DNA of 64,000 nt from an uncultured Nitratifractor sp. (GCA_947311565.1 CAMZLH010000012.1:3173-67172); one strand, 5' to 3'. Numbered from the stretch's first letter, positions 50,172 to 59,080 are shown. The notes: generated by a model from the letters alone, not told the origin. A program made the numbers and translations.

Positions 50172-51302
50172 TTATATAGTTACTTTTTCGCCTTGTGCTA
50201 GTGCTTCTTGTTTTGCCTTGGTAGCAAGAAGAGCCTCCTTTAGTGCTATCTCTGTACTCTCTAGCTCTACTTCTGCTTTTTCTCTTGCCTCTTTACCATT
50301 TTGTGCAATTTTTATAGAGTCATTAAGAGTATCTATAAGTGTTTGATTTGCTTTTTTAATACTATCAATATCAAATACACCTCTCTCCATCTGCTCTCTT
50401 ACCTCTTTATTCGCTTCTCGTAATCCTTCGGCACTCTGCTCTAGTAGATCATTAGTTAAATCATTTGCATTTTTTATAGCTTTTGCAGCATCATGACTTC
50501 TAAATATTGTAACAGTTTGCGCTAACTGATTACGCCATAAAGGAATAGTATTTACTAAAGTAGAGCTAATCTTATTAATTAGAGATTTATCATTCTCTTG
50601 TATTAGTCTAATGCTTGGTAGTGCCTGCATAGCAACTTGACGAGATAGTTTTAAATCGTGTACTCTACGCTCTAGATCATCTCTAAAGCCTCTTATCTCT
50701 TTTAGATTTTGTATATCTATCATCTCTCCAGCTTCTGTCTTAACTTCAAACTCTGGAATAATACTACTCTCTAACTCTTTTAACTTTATATCTCCAGCTT
50801 TTATATATAGCTCTAGTTGTCTAAAGTAGTCTAAGTTTGCATCATATAGTTTATCTAAAGAAACTATATCTGTTTGAAGTTTAGCTTTATGCTTCTCTAA
50901 GCTATTAGATATTGCATCTATCTGCTCTTTTACATCTTCATACTTTTGAATAAATTTAGTAATAGGCTTTGTAAAACCAACCAGTTTTTGCCACCAAGCT
51001 AATTTATTGTTTGGATTAAACTCCTCCATATCAAAGCCACGAAGAGTTGCTACCATCTCGTTTAATAGTGCTCCACTTTTTCCAGTATCTTTATTCTTTA
51101 CTCCATCTAGCATTCTATTTGATATATCATCTAGTCTCTCTTGTGCCTTAGAACCAAAGTATATTACTGAATTTCTATTTGAATAATCTATCTCTTCTAA
51201 AGCCTCTTTTAGCTTATCTTCCTCTTGTGGTATTGGCGCTGGAGGATTTGCCTCTTGGTATTTAACTGTTGCTTCAATTAAATCTCTAACTTTTTTATCC
51301 AT
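50172..51302 (-). CDS. telA: TelA/YaaN-family toxic-anion-resistance protein
   Basis: 376 aa, all-helical, with a family-typical layout (..YFGSKAQ.., ..L.K.Y.......L..YI.AG..). It sits adjacent to an XpaC-like gene, as in the Bacillus xpaC-yaaN pair. Confidence 0.7.
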   Translation of the reverse strand: MDKKVRDLIEATVKYQEANPPAPIPQEEDKLKEALEEIDYSNRNSVIYFGSKAQERLDDISNRMLDGVKNKDTGKSGALLNEMVATLRGFDMEEFNPNNKLAWWQKLVGFTKPITKFIQKYEDVKEQIDAISNSLEKHKAKLQTDIVSLDKLYDANLDYFRQLELYIKAGDIKLKELESSIIPEFEVKTEAGEMIDIQNLKEIRGFRDDLERRVHDLKLSRQVAMQALPSIRLIQENDKSLINKISSTLVNTIPLWRNQLAQTVTIFRSHDAAKAIKNANDLTNDLLEQSAEGLREANKEVREQMERGVFDIDSIKKANQTLIDTLNDSIKIAQNGKEAREKAEVELESTEIALKEALLATKAKQEALAQGEKVTI

Positions 51303-51316
51303 AATTATCCTTTATT

Positions 51317-52141
51317 TTAATTTTTAAGTTGCTCTTTTAGTGCATCTATTTGTACATCTAAATCAAATATCTCGTTAGATTTTAATCTCTCTAATTCACT
51401 ATCAAAACGAGTTGTAGCGTCTTTTAAAAGATTAATCAATCTTAATCTATATTCACTATCTAATAGCTCTTTATCAATAGAGTTATATTGTGCAATAACA
51501 TCTTTAACACCATCTAAATATACAACCATAAATTTTCTAACTATAGTTATATCTTTAGGATCATCTTCTATCGTTTTTAGTATCTCGTGTGCTTTTGCTG
51601 TAGTACTTTTAATTGCACTCTTTAGCTCGATATCCTCTATTTTCTCTTGCTCTTTATCGATATAGTTCAATTTATCTTTCGCCTTACTTAATGAGTCTAA
51701 AATTTTTTGATAGTTTACTCCCTTATCTTTAGGTAGTTTATCAATAGTTGGGTCTTTACCATAATATAAAAAAGCTCCTACTCCACCAATTATAGAGCTA
51801 AATATAGAATTTATAGGGTTAATATTGGTTGTTAATATAGAGATAAAGATTAGTGCAATAACTAAAGATATTGATCCAATTAGCTTATATTTAATTTTTG
51901 GTGCTATAGCTAAGTTTGCACTATTATATATAAATTCATTGTTTAGACCTCTATCTATAAGTTTTGCAGATCCAACTAATAGAGCAAAACCTACTAATTT
52001 AGTTAAAAAAGGTAAATAGTTACTATTAAAGAGCTCCAGAATTGTAGATACAAACATTGGTAATAAAAAGATATAAATAAGAGTAGCTCTTTTTGCTTTG
52101 GGTTTAAATATAGCTTGTTTCATCTTTTTAGCTTTAGCCAT
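51317..52141 (-). CDS. xpaC: XpaC-like (5-bromo-4-chloroindolyl phosphate hydrolysis protein family) membrane protein
   Basis: Hydrophobic N-terminal half (multiple TM segments) followed by a helical cytoplasmic domain. Classic pairing with telA/yaaN. Confidence 0.55.
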   Translation of the reverse strand: MAKAKKMKQAIFKPKAKRATLIYIFLLPMFVSTILELFNSNYLPFLTKLVGFALLVGSAKLIDRGLNNEFIYNSANLAIAPKIKYKLIGSISLVIALIFISILTTNINPINSIFSSIIGGVGAFLYYGKDPTIDKLPKDKGVNYQKILDSLSKAKDKLNYIDKEQEKIEDIELKSAIKSTTAKAHEILKTIEDDPKDITIVRKFMVVYLDGVKDVIAQYNSIDKELLDSEYRLRLINLLKDATTRFDSELERLKSNEIFDLDVQIDALKEQLKN

Positions 52142-52215
52142 TAAAAACTCCCACTAACTACTGTACTTAATGCATATATCATAAATAAGATACCAAAAAT
52201 TTTATAGTAATTCAT
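52141..52215 (-). CDS. 24-codon hydrophobic micro-ORF translationally coupled to xpaC
   Basis: MNYYKIFGILFMIYALSTVVSGSF*. AAGGA lies 6 nt upstream of the ATG. Its TAA shares one nucleotide with the xpaC ATG (TAATG). Confidence 0.4.
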   Translation of the reverse strand: MNYYKIFGILFMIYALSTVVSGSF

Positions 52216-52299
52216 TTTTTTCCTTTGCACATTTAATTCTATTACTGTATTATATCAAAAAAATATATACTATTATAAAAATATTTACAGGAGCAAAGT

Positions 52300-53571
52300 T
52301 TGAACCCGATAGTAAAGAGATTTTTAGAGATTATAAACATATCTAGATGTAGCTTTAAAACTAAGAAAATGAGAGATTATATTATAGAGTTCTCAAAGAG
52401 TAGAGGATACAAAATTACTATAGATAGTTTTGATAATATTTTAGTTTTTAAAGATAATCCAAAATTATCCCTACAAGCACACTATGATATGGTATGTGTT
52501 GGAGATGCACCAAATATAGAGCCAGTAATAGAAGGAGATACACTTAGAGCTAAAAACTCTTCACTAGGCGCAGATAATGGCATAGCAATTGCTATGATGC
52601 TAGAGTTGATAGATAGAGGCGTAGATGCAGAGTATCTATTTACAAATGATGAAGAGGTCGGTTTAATAGGTGCAAAAAATTTAGAGCTAAATATAAAGAG
52701 TAAATATATTTTAAATTTAGATAGCGAAGATGAAGCAGAAGTCTATATTGGTTGTGCTGGTGGTGCAGATATTGTTGCGACTATAGAAGATGAGCTTATA
52801 GAAGTTGATGGTAAATGCTATGAAGTTTCTATAAAAGGATTACCAGGTGGACACTCTGGTGTAGATATTGATAAAGCTATTCCTAATGCAATTAAAGAGT
52901 TATTTACTTTTATAAATAGTTTAGATGAGGTCTATATATCAGCAATATATGCAGGAGAGCGTAGAAACTCTATACCATCAAATGCAGTAGCTATTATTGT
53001 TACTACTAGCAAGATAGTATCAAATAAAATGGTAGAGATAAGAGAGCTAAACGAGTCACCAAAAGTATTTAAAAAGAGTCAAGCTATTTTAGATTTAGTA
53101 GATATATTTCCTCATGGAGTTGTAGATGATAATAGAGAGTTTAAGATACCAAATATTAGTATTAATTTAGCACAAATTAACTCAGTAAAGAGTAATAAAC
53201 TAGAGTTAATTGCAACAACAAGAGCAATGGATTCAGAAGGTTTAGAGAGCATAAATAGTGAAACAATAAGTATATTAAATAGTTTTAATTTTATCACAAA
53301 AATAGAAGACAACTACCCAGCATGGAGACCAGATATAAATAGCTTTACTAAAATTGTTAAAAAAGTAGTAGAGAAAGAGTTTGGCAAGTGCGAACTAAAA
53401 GCAATACATGCAGGACTAGAGTGTGGAGTACTATCTAAAAAGTTTTCTAATATAGATTTTGTATCAATAGGACCAAATATTAGATATCCACACTCTAAAA
53501 GAGAGTATGTAGAGATAAACTCTGTAACTAAGACCTTTAAAGTTGTAGAAGAGCTAATATCTATACTTTAG
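52300..53571 (+). CDS. M20-family aminoacyl-histidine dipeptidase-like (PepD-like)
   Basis: QAHYDMV, GADNG, NDEEVG, GGHSG and a C-terminal HAGLECG motif. Confidence 0.75.
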   Translation: MNPIVKRFLEIINISRCSFKTKKMRDYIIEFSKSRGYKITIDSFDNILVFKDNPKLSLQAHYDMVCVGDAPNIEPVIEGDTLRAKNSSLGADNGIAIAMMLELIDRGVDAEYLFTNDEEVGLIGAKNLELNIKSKYILNLDSEDEAEVYIGCAGGADIVATIEDELIEVDGKCYEVSIKGLPGGHSGVDIDKAIPNAIKELFTFINSLDEVYISAIYAGERRNSIPSNAVAIIVTTSKIVSNKMVEIRELNESPKVFKKSQAILDLVDIFPHGVVDDNREFKIPNISINLAQINSVKSNKLELIATTRAMDSEGLESINSETISILNSFNFITKIEDNYPAWRPDINSFTKIVKKVVEKEFGKCELKAIHAGLECGVLSKKFSNIDFVSIGPNIRYPHSKREYVEINSVTKTFKVVEELISIL

Positions 53572-53715
53572 AGTTGGCTCTTTTAAGAGATAAGTATATA
53601 TGTATGCCAAAAGTTCTATCTTTGTAAGAAGAAAAATATTGCATAAAAAGCTTTATTTTCAAGGAAGTTTTTTGTTATTAGAAAATAATCCTTTTAATTT
53701 CTAATATTATTACAT

Positions 53716-53735
53716 ACTGTTACTTACTGTTACTT
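53716..53735 (+). repeat. Perfect tandem 10-mer (actgttactt x2) next to a 9-bp hairpin upstream of hamA
   Basis: actgttactt occurs at 53716-53725 and again at 53726-53735. The hairpin is agtaagaca/tgtcttact at 53745-53769. Confidence 0.5.
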
Positions 53736-53905
53736 ATACCAATTAGTAAGACAAAAGGTGTGTCTTACTATTATACTATTATTAATAGAATTGGTGTATA
53801 ATATCTTCTAATAAATAGTTAGTAGAGCATTGAAATATAAATTTGTATTAAGACTATTTAATTCAAATTTAGCTAAAATTAATAAAATAATTAAGGAAGT
53901 TTATA

Positions 53906-54793
53906 TTGAGGGAATCATTAAAAAAATTAATTGATAAAACAATTATTTATAAATATTCACTTCCCAATAATACAGATAAAATCGACCAAGTAAATTTAAG
54001 TAACCACAAAGATGATTGCTATGATTACAGTAATGATAATGACTTAATTAAACTTATCTATAATTCAATAATTGAATACTCTTTTAATGAATTTGATTTA
54101 ACTAAAAAAGACTATTTACCTATTGCCTTACAAACTAAAATTAGATACGATGAACGTGACGAGCCATTAACAAAATTAAAATATGGATTTTTTGGTGAAG
54201 TTTTACTTTATTCATTTTTACATCATATTTATAGAGCCAATCCACTTATATCAAGGGGATATTTTTTTAATCCTTTAGAAAACTCAGAAACAAAAGGTTA
54301 TGATTCATATCATTTAATTGAAAATGATGGTGTTGTTGAATTATGGTTTGGTGAAGTAAAATTTAGAGATACATTATATAGCGGTGCAAAAAGTGCTATT
54401 GATGGCTTAGATAAAGCCTTTACCGATGATTATTTAAAAAATAATATTGTAGCTATGAATAATTTTAGAAATAATTTTGCTATAAAAGATAGTAAAATTG
54501 AAGAAATTTTAAACAAATGGGATGGCACACCTATTCAAATAATTAATGAAGTAAAAAAGCACAATATGACTTTGGTTTATCCTATTTTGCTAGTTTATCC
54601 AGATAGCAATCCCAACTACCATGAAAGAATTAAAAAAGCCGTAGATAAAATAAATGAAAAATTTGCACTAAAAACATACAATTTATCAATTAATTATAAA
54701 CTATTTTTTATATTTTTACCAATAAGTGAAGTTAAAAAAGTCAAACAGGAGGTACTTAAATGGATAGAATTAAAGAAGCCTCTATTGTCGTAA
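53906..54793 (+). CDS. hamA: HamA-like DUF1837 protein with a PD-(D/E)xK-type motif (Hachiman effector candidate)
   Basis: YGFFGEVLLYSFL, then GYD(133)SYHL..LWFGE(150)VK(152)F. 295 aa. The TTG start is preceded by AAGGAAG. A Ski2-like helicase follows immediately and overlaps it, which is the Hachiman gene pair architecture. Confidence 0.6.
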   Translation: MRESLKKLIDKTIIYKYSLPNNTDKIDQVNLSNHKDDCYDYSNDNDLIKLIYNSIIEYSFNEFDLTKKDYLPIALQTKIRYDERDEPLTKLKYGFFGEVLLYSFLHHIYRANPLISRGYFFNPLENSETKGYDSYHLIENDGVVELWFGEVKFRDTLYSGAKSAIDGLDKAFTDDYLKNNIVAMNNFRNNFAIKDSKIEEILNKWDGTPIQIINEVKKHNMTLVYPILLVYPDSNPNYHERIKKAVDKINEKFALKTYNLSINYKLFFIFLPISEVKKVKQEVLKWIELKKPLLS

Positions 54794-57063
54794 AAGCATT
54801 AAATAAATATTTTCGAGAGGAAATACCTAATTATGAATTTATTACTATAGTTTGTGGATATTTTGATAAGATTAAAGATATTGAATTAACCCCATCAGAT
54901 TTAAAGTTTTTAAAATATATTTCAAATATAGCAGGAATCCCACATTATTATGATTTACTTTCTGATAAATTTAATCATAATTTAGAGTTTAACGAATATG
55001 ATTTAAATACTTTATCATCAATAATTTATGAAAGTACCCTTCATATTGATAAAGATATCAAAATACATAAATATCAAAAAGAAGTTTTAAACCTTTTTGA
55101 TATTGATAAACAAAATAGATTTTTTTTATCTGCTAGTACTTCATTTGGTAAAACATTTCTTATTTATGAAATAATTAAAAAAATGCAATATAAAAATATT
55201 GTTCTTATTTTTCCAACTATTGCTTTATTATCAGAAAACTATGAAAAATTACTAACTAATGACTTATGTAGTGATTTTCAAGAAAATTTCACTATTCATA
55301 CATTAAGTGATGTAGAAAATATCGGTGAGAATAATATTTTCATATATACACCTGAAAGATTCTTATCGTTTATGGATAAGAGCATTGATATTAGTATTGA
55401 TTTTGTTTTTATAGATGAAATATATAAAATTGATAACGAGTATCTTATTGATAGTGTAAATAAGGAAAATGAAAGGGACACGGCTTATAGAGTTGCTCTA
55501 CACAATCTCTTACTTAACAGTAATGATATTTTATTGGTCGGACCGTATATTAACTTTCCTAATAGAAACAATGAGGAAAAGAATCAGTCATTTAATAACT
55601 TTTTAGATAAAAACAATTTTGAATTAGTCGATTATAATAAATTTGAAATTGTTAATAAAAGTTTTAATATTATTAGAAATGGTGGTAAACAAGTAATTGA
55701 TGATAAGTTGATAATAGATTTATCAGGATACAGCAGTAAAAAAACTGGTGAGAGACTAGGTAAAATTATTAAAGATATTAGAAATATTGATGAAAATACA
55801 ATAGTTTATACTAGTGGACCGTCAAGAGCTGAAACTAAAACTAAAGAAATTATTAATTTCAATACTTCTAATGAAGAAAATAGTACCAGACTTAATGAAC
55901 TAATAGAACATTTAGAAAATACTTTTCGATTACCTGATTGGAGTATAATCTTAGGATTAAAAAATAAAATTGGTATTCATCATGGGCTAGTTCCTAAATA
56001 TATTCAAAAAGAAATCATTAACTTATTTAATAATGGCGATATTAATGTTCTAATATCAACTACTACTATTACGGAAGGTGTAAATACATCTGCAAAAAAT
56101 CTTCTTGTATTAAGTGCAAATAAAGGAAATAAACCTTTAAAAACTTTTGATGCAAAAAATATTGCTGGAAGAGCAGGAAGGTTCTTGTATCATTATAGTG
56201 GCAGAGTTTTAATAATTAATAAAGAATTCAAAGAAATAATAGATGGTTCAGATGATGAAATTAAACACAAAAATTATGATGAAAGTTCAATTAAAGATGA
56301 AATTGATTATTTTATAACAGATGATGAGTTTTTAACTAATAATGATAAGTTAAAGAAAGAAGAAGTTATAAAACAATATAGAGAAAAAAATATACCAGAT
56401 GAAATAATGAATATGTATAAGGTAATTTCTTATAGTGATAAAATCGATGTGTATGACAATTTAAAAATATTATCTATCAATTATCCTGCTAACTACAAAG
56501 CTATTCAAGAGTTTATAAGAAAAATTGCTTATAACTTAACTCTTGATTATAATGGATTTAATAATTTTTTATGGGTTATTAGACCAATTATTAAAAATGA
56601 ACAACTACAAAGACTATCAAGACCAAATGAAGATGGTTCAGCATCAATTTTAACTCATCTTTTATATTTTTATTTAAAAGATGGTTTTATTGGTTCGGTT
56701 AGATACAAGATTGACAAACAAAGTAAATCAACAGATGAAGCAATAAGGGAGTCATCACAGTTTGTATATAATGTACTAAAATATCAGTTAGTAAAATATC
56801 TTGGTGTTTTTAACTTGATGTATAAATTTTTAGAATCTCAAAGATTAAATAAATCTCTTGATGATATTACTGGAATAGATAAATTACTTGTAAAGTTAGA
56901 ATATAATTCAACCTCAGAAAAAGGAAAATTAGCAAGTGATTATGGAGTACCAAATAAAATAATAGAATATTATGATAACGAAGAAGATAGAGATATAAAA
57001 GCAAGTTTTGATGATTATGAAATGAATAAATTTGAACAAATTGAAAATATTATAAATGGATGA
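54760..57063 (+). CDS. hamB: HamB-like superfamily-2 (Ski2/Hel308-like) helicase
   Basis: Walker A STSFGKT (55147-55155), motif II DEIY (55414-55425), TTTITEGVN and AGRAGRF. AGGAGG lies 8 nt upstream of the ATG. The gene overlaps hamA by 34 nt. Confidence 0.65.
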   Translation: MDRIKEASIVVKALNKYFREEIPNYEFITIVCGYFDKIKDIELTPSDLKFLKYISNIAGIPHYYDLLSDKFNHNLEFNEYDLNTLSSIIYESTLHIDKDIKIHKYQKEVLNLFDIDKQNRFFLSASTSFGKTFLIYEIIKKMQYKNIVLIFPTIALLSENYEKLLTNDLCSDFQENFTIHTLSDVENIGENNIFIYTPERFLSFMDKSIDISIDFVFIDEIYKIDNEYLIDSVNKENERDTAYRVALHNLLLNSNDILLVGPYINFPNRNNEEKNQSFNNFLDKNNFELVDYNKFEIVNKSFNIIRNGGKQVIDDKLIIDLSGYSSKKTGERLGKIIKDIRNIDENTIVYTSGPSRAETKTKEIINFNTSNEENSTRLNELIEHLENTFRLPDWSIILGLKNKIGIHHGLVPKYIQKEIINLFNNGDINVLISTTTITEGVNTSAKNLLVLSANKGNKPLKTFDAKNIAGRAGRFLYHYSGRVLIINKEFKEIIDGSDDEIKHKNYDESSIKDEIDYFITDDEFLTNNDKLKKEEVIKQYREKNIPDEIMNMYKVISYSDKIDVYDNLKILSINYPANYKAIQEFIRKIAYNLTLDYNGFNNFLWVIRPIIKNEQLQRLSRPNEDGSASILTHLLYFYLKDGFIGSVRYKIDKQSKSTDEAIRESSQFVYNVLKYQLVKYLGVFNLMYKFLESQRLNKSLDDITGIDKLLVKLEYNSTSEKGKLASDYGVPNKIIEYYDNEEDRDIKASFDDYEMNKFEQIENIING

Positions 57064-57073
57064 ATTTTGAGTC

Positions 57074-58879
57074 ATGATACAAGGAAAAATGATTAATAAA
57101 TATAATGTAGTAGAATTATTTGCAGGTGCTGGAGGATTAGCACTAGGTTTAGAACAAGCAGGATTTAAAACAAAAGCAGTTTTAGAGATTGATAAGTGGG
57201 CTTGTGAAACTTTGAAAAAAAATAGACCAAATTGGAATATTATAAAGGGTGATATTACTAAAATATCTCAAATTGGAATTAAACAATATTTAAAAGATAA
57301 TGAAGAGATAGATTTACTATCAGGTGGATATCCATGTCAATCTTTTAGTTATGCTGGAAATAGACTAGGTATCGATGATACTAGAGGAACTTTATTTTAT
57401 GATTTTGCATTGATTTTGGATGAGTTAAAACCAAAAATGTTTTTTGCTGAAAATGTAAAGGGCTTAGTTACTCATGATAAAGGTAAAACATTTAAAACTA
57501 TGATAAATGTATTTGAAGATGTTGGTTATGATGTAACCTATAAAGTTTTGAATGCTCTTGATTATAGTGTAGCTCAAAAAAGGCAAAGAGTTGTTATTGT
57601 AGGGATAAGAAAAGATATAAAAGAAAAAATAGGAGAAGAGTTTAAATTTCCAAAACCACATACTAAAAAACTAACTTTAAAAGATGTCTTAAAAAATGTT
57701 CCAAAGTCTGAATGCGCAACATACAATGAGGCTAAAAAAGCAGTATTAAAACATGTTAAGCCCGGTGGATGTTGGAGGGATTTACCTGATGATATTGCAA
57801 GGGAATATATGAAAACTACTTATTTTATGGGTGGTGGAAGAACGGGAATAGCAAGACGATTATCTTGGGATGAACCAGGTCTTACTGTTTTGTGTTCTCC
57901 AGCTCAAAAACAAACAGAAAGATGTCATCCAGATGAGCTTAGACCATTTAGTGTAAGGGAAAATGCAAGAATTCAATCATTCCCGGATGATTGGGTATTT
58001 GAAGGACCTATTACACAACAATACAAACAAATTGGTAATGCAGTACCAGTCAATTTAGCAAAAGAAGTTGGATTGTCAATTACTAATTATTTAGATAAAT
58101 TAAAGGAGAAAGAATATATGAGAAACTACAATTTAAGCTTTATAAGAGATGAAGACTTATTTAATCATGTAAAAGAAACTATACTAAAATATAGGTTCAA
58201 AATAACATTAAAAGAGTTTAATAAAAATTTAATAGACCCTATTAAATTGACATTTGATTCCAAAGTTTACGGTAAAACTATTGAAGAAATAATTGAATCT
58301 GAATCAATTAGACAAATGGATAAAACAAATAGTAATAACATAGGATATTTTCAGCAAAATATTTTTAAATATATTTATCATAAAGATACAAAAAAAACAA
58401 ACTGGACTGTTCCTCAACAAGGTTTTGATGTTGTGAACGAAATAGAAAAGATTTATGTAGAGATGAAAAATAAACATAATACTATGAACTCATCTTCATC
58501 ACAAAAAACATATATGAGAATGTCTAGTAAAATAAATAATGAACCAGAGGCAATATGTATGCTTGTTGAAGTAATAGCAAAAAAATCACAAAATATACCT
58601 TGGCAAATTTCATTAGATGGTGAATCTATTTCTCATGATAAAATAAGAAGAGTTTCTATTGATAAATTTTATGAGTTAGTAACTGGAGAAAAAGAAGGCT
58701 TTAAACAGTTAGTGGAAGCTTTGCCAAAAGTTATGGATGATGTATTGGAAGATATCCAACAAAATGGCATAGAAAACAGTGTTTTTCAAGAACTTCAAGA
58801 AATAGATAGTAATATGTTGAAAAGTTTATATTTATTATCATTTAAAAGATATGAAGGTTTTGACAGTATTGATATATAA
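57074..58879 (+). CDS. Fusion protein: cytosine-5 DNA methyltransferase (aa 1 to about 345) plus a PD-(D/E)xK nuclease-like C-terminal domain (aa about 349-601, Eco47II-like from memory)
   Basis: m5C MTase motifs in order: ELFAGAGG, GGYPCQSFS (Cys88), ENV, QRQRV, RPFSVRENARIQSFPDDW, GNAVP. The frame then continues without a stop into a domain with GFD(452)-x10-E(463)MK(465)NKHNT. AAGGAG (58103-58108) and an in-frame ATG (58118) sit at the junction. Confidence 0.8.
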   Translation: MIQGKMINKYNVVELFAGAGGLALGLEQAGFKTKAVLEIDKWACETLKKNRPNWNIIKGDITKISQIGIKQYLKDNEEIDLLSGGYPCQSFSYAGNRLGIDDTRGTLFYDFALILDELKPKMFFAENVKGLVTHDKGKTFKTMINVFEDVGYDVTYKVLNALDYSVAQKRQRVVIVGIRKDIKEKIGEEFKFPKPHTKKLTLKDVLKNVPKSECATYNEAKKAVLKHVKPGGCWRDLPDDIAREYMKTTYFMGGGRTGIARRLSWDEPGLTVLCSPAQKQTERCHPDELRPFSVRENARIQSFPDDWVFEGPITQQYKQIGNAVPVNLAKEVGLSITNYLDKLKEKEYMRNYNLSFIRDEDLFNHVKETILKYRFKITLKEFNKNLIDPIKLTFDSKVYGKTIEEIIESESIRQMDKTNSNNIGYFQQNIFKYIYHKDTKKTNWTVPQQGFDVVNEIEKIYVEMKNKHNTMNSSSSQKTYMRMSSKINNEPEAICMLVEVIAKKSQNIPWQISLDGESISHDKIRRVSIDKFYELVTGEKEGFKQLVEALPKVMDDVLEDIQQNGIENSVFQELQEIDSNMLKSLYLLSFKRYEGFDSIDI

Positions 58880-59080
58880 TCTACTAACAAAACCTTGGAA
58901 CTAATAAATTTTCTATCGAAAATTTACAGTTCAAGTCAACCGTTAGGAAATAATAAAATGTTAACACAATAAGAATTTGAAAAAATTAGAGAAAAATATG
59001 GTGATTGATTATGCAAAACCTTGAAGAGAAACAAGTGAAAAGTGCTATTTTCGAGCTTTTTAATCTATTAAAAAAATATT

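Noticed and set aside
55120-55131. T8 homopolymer inside hamB, and A8/T8 runs at 57217-57224 and 59927-59934, considered as phase-variation tracts.
   Set aside because: A/T runs of 8 are frequent in DNA this AT-rich. Campylobacterota contingency loci typically use poly-G/C tracts, none of which I saw in this window.
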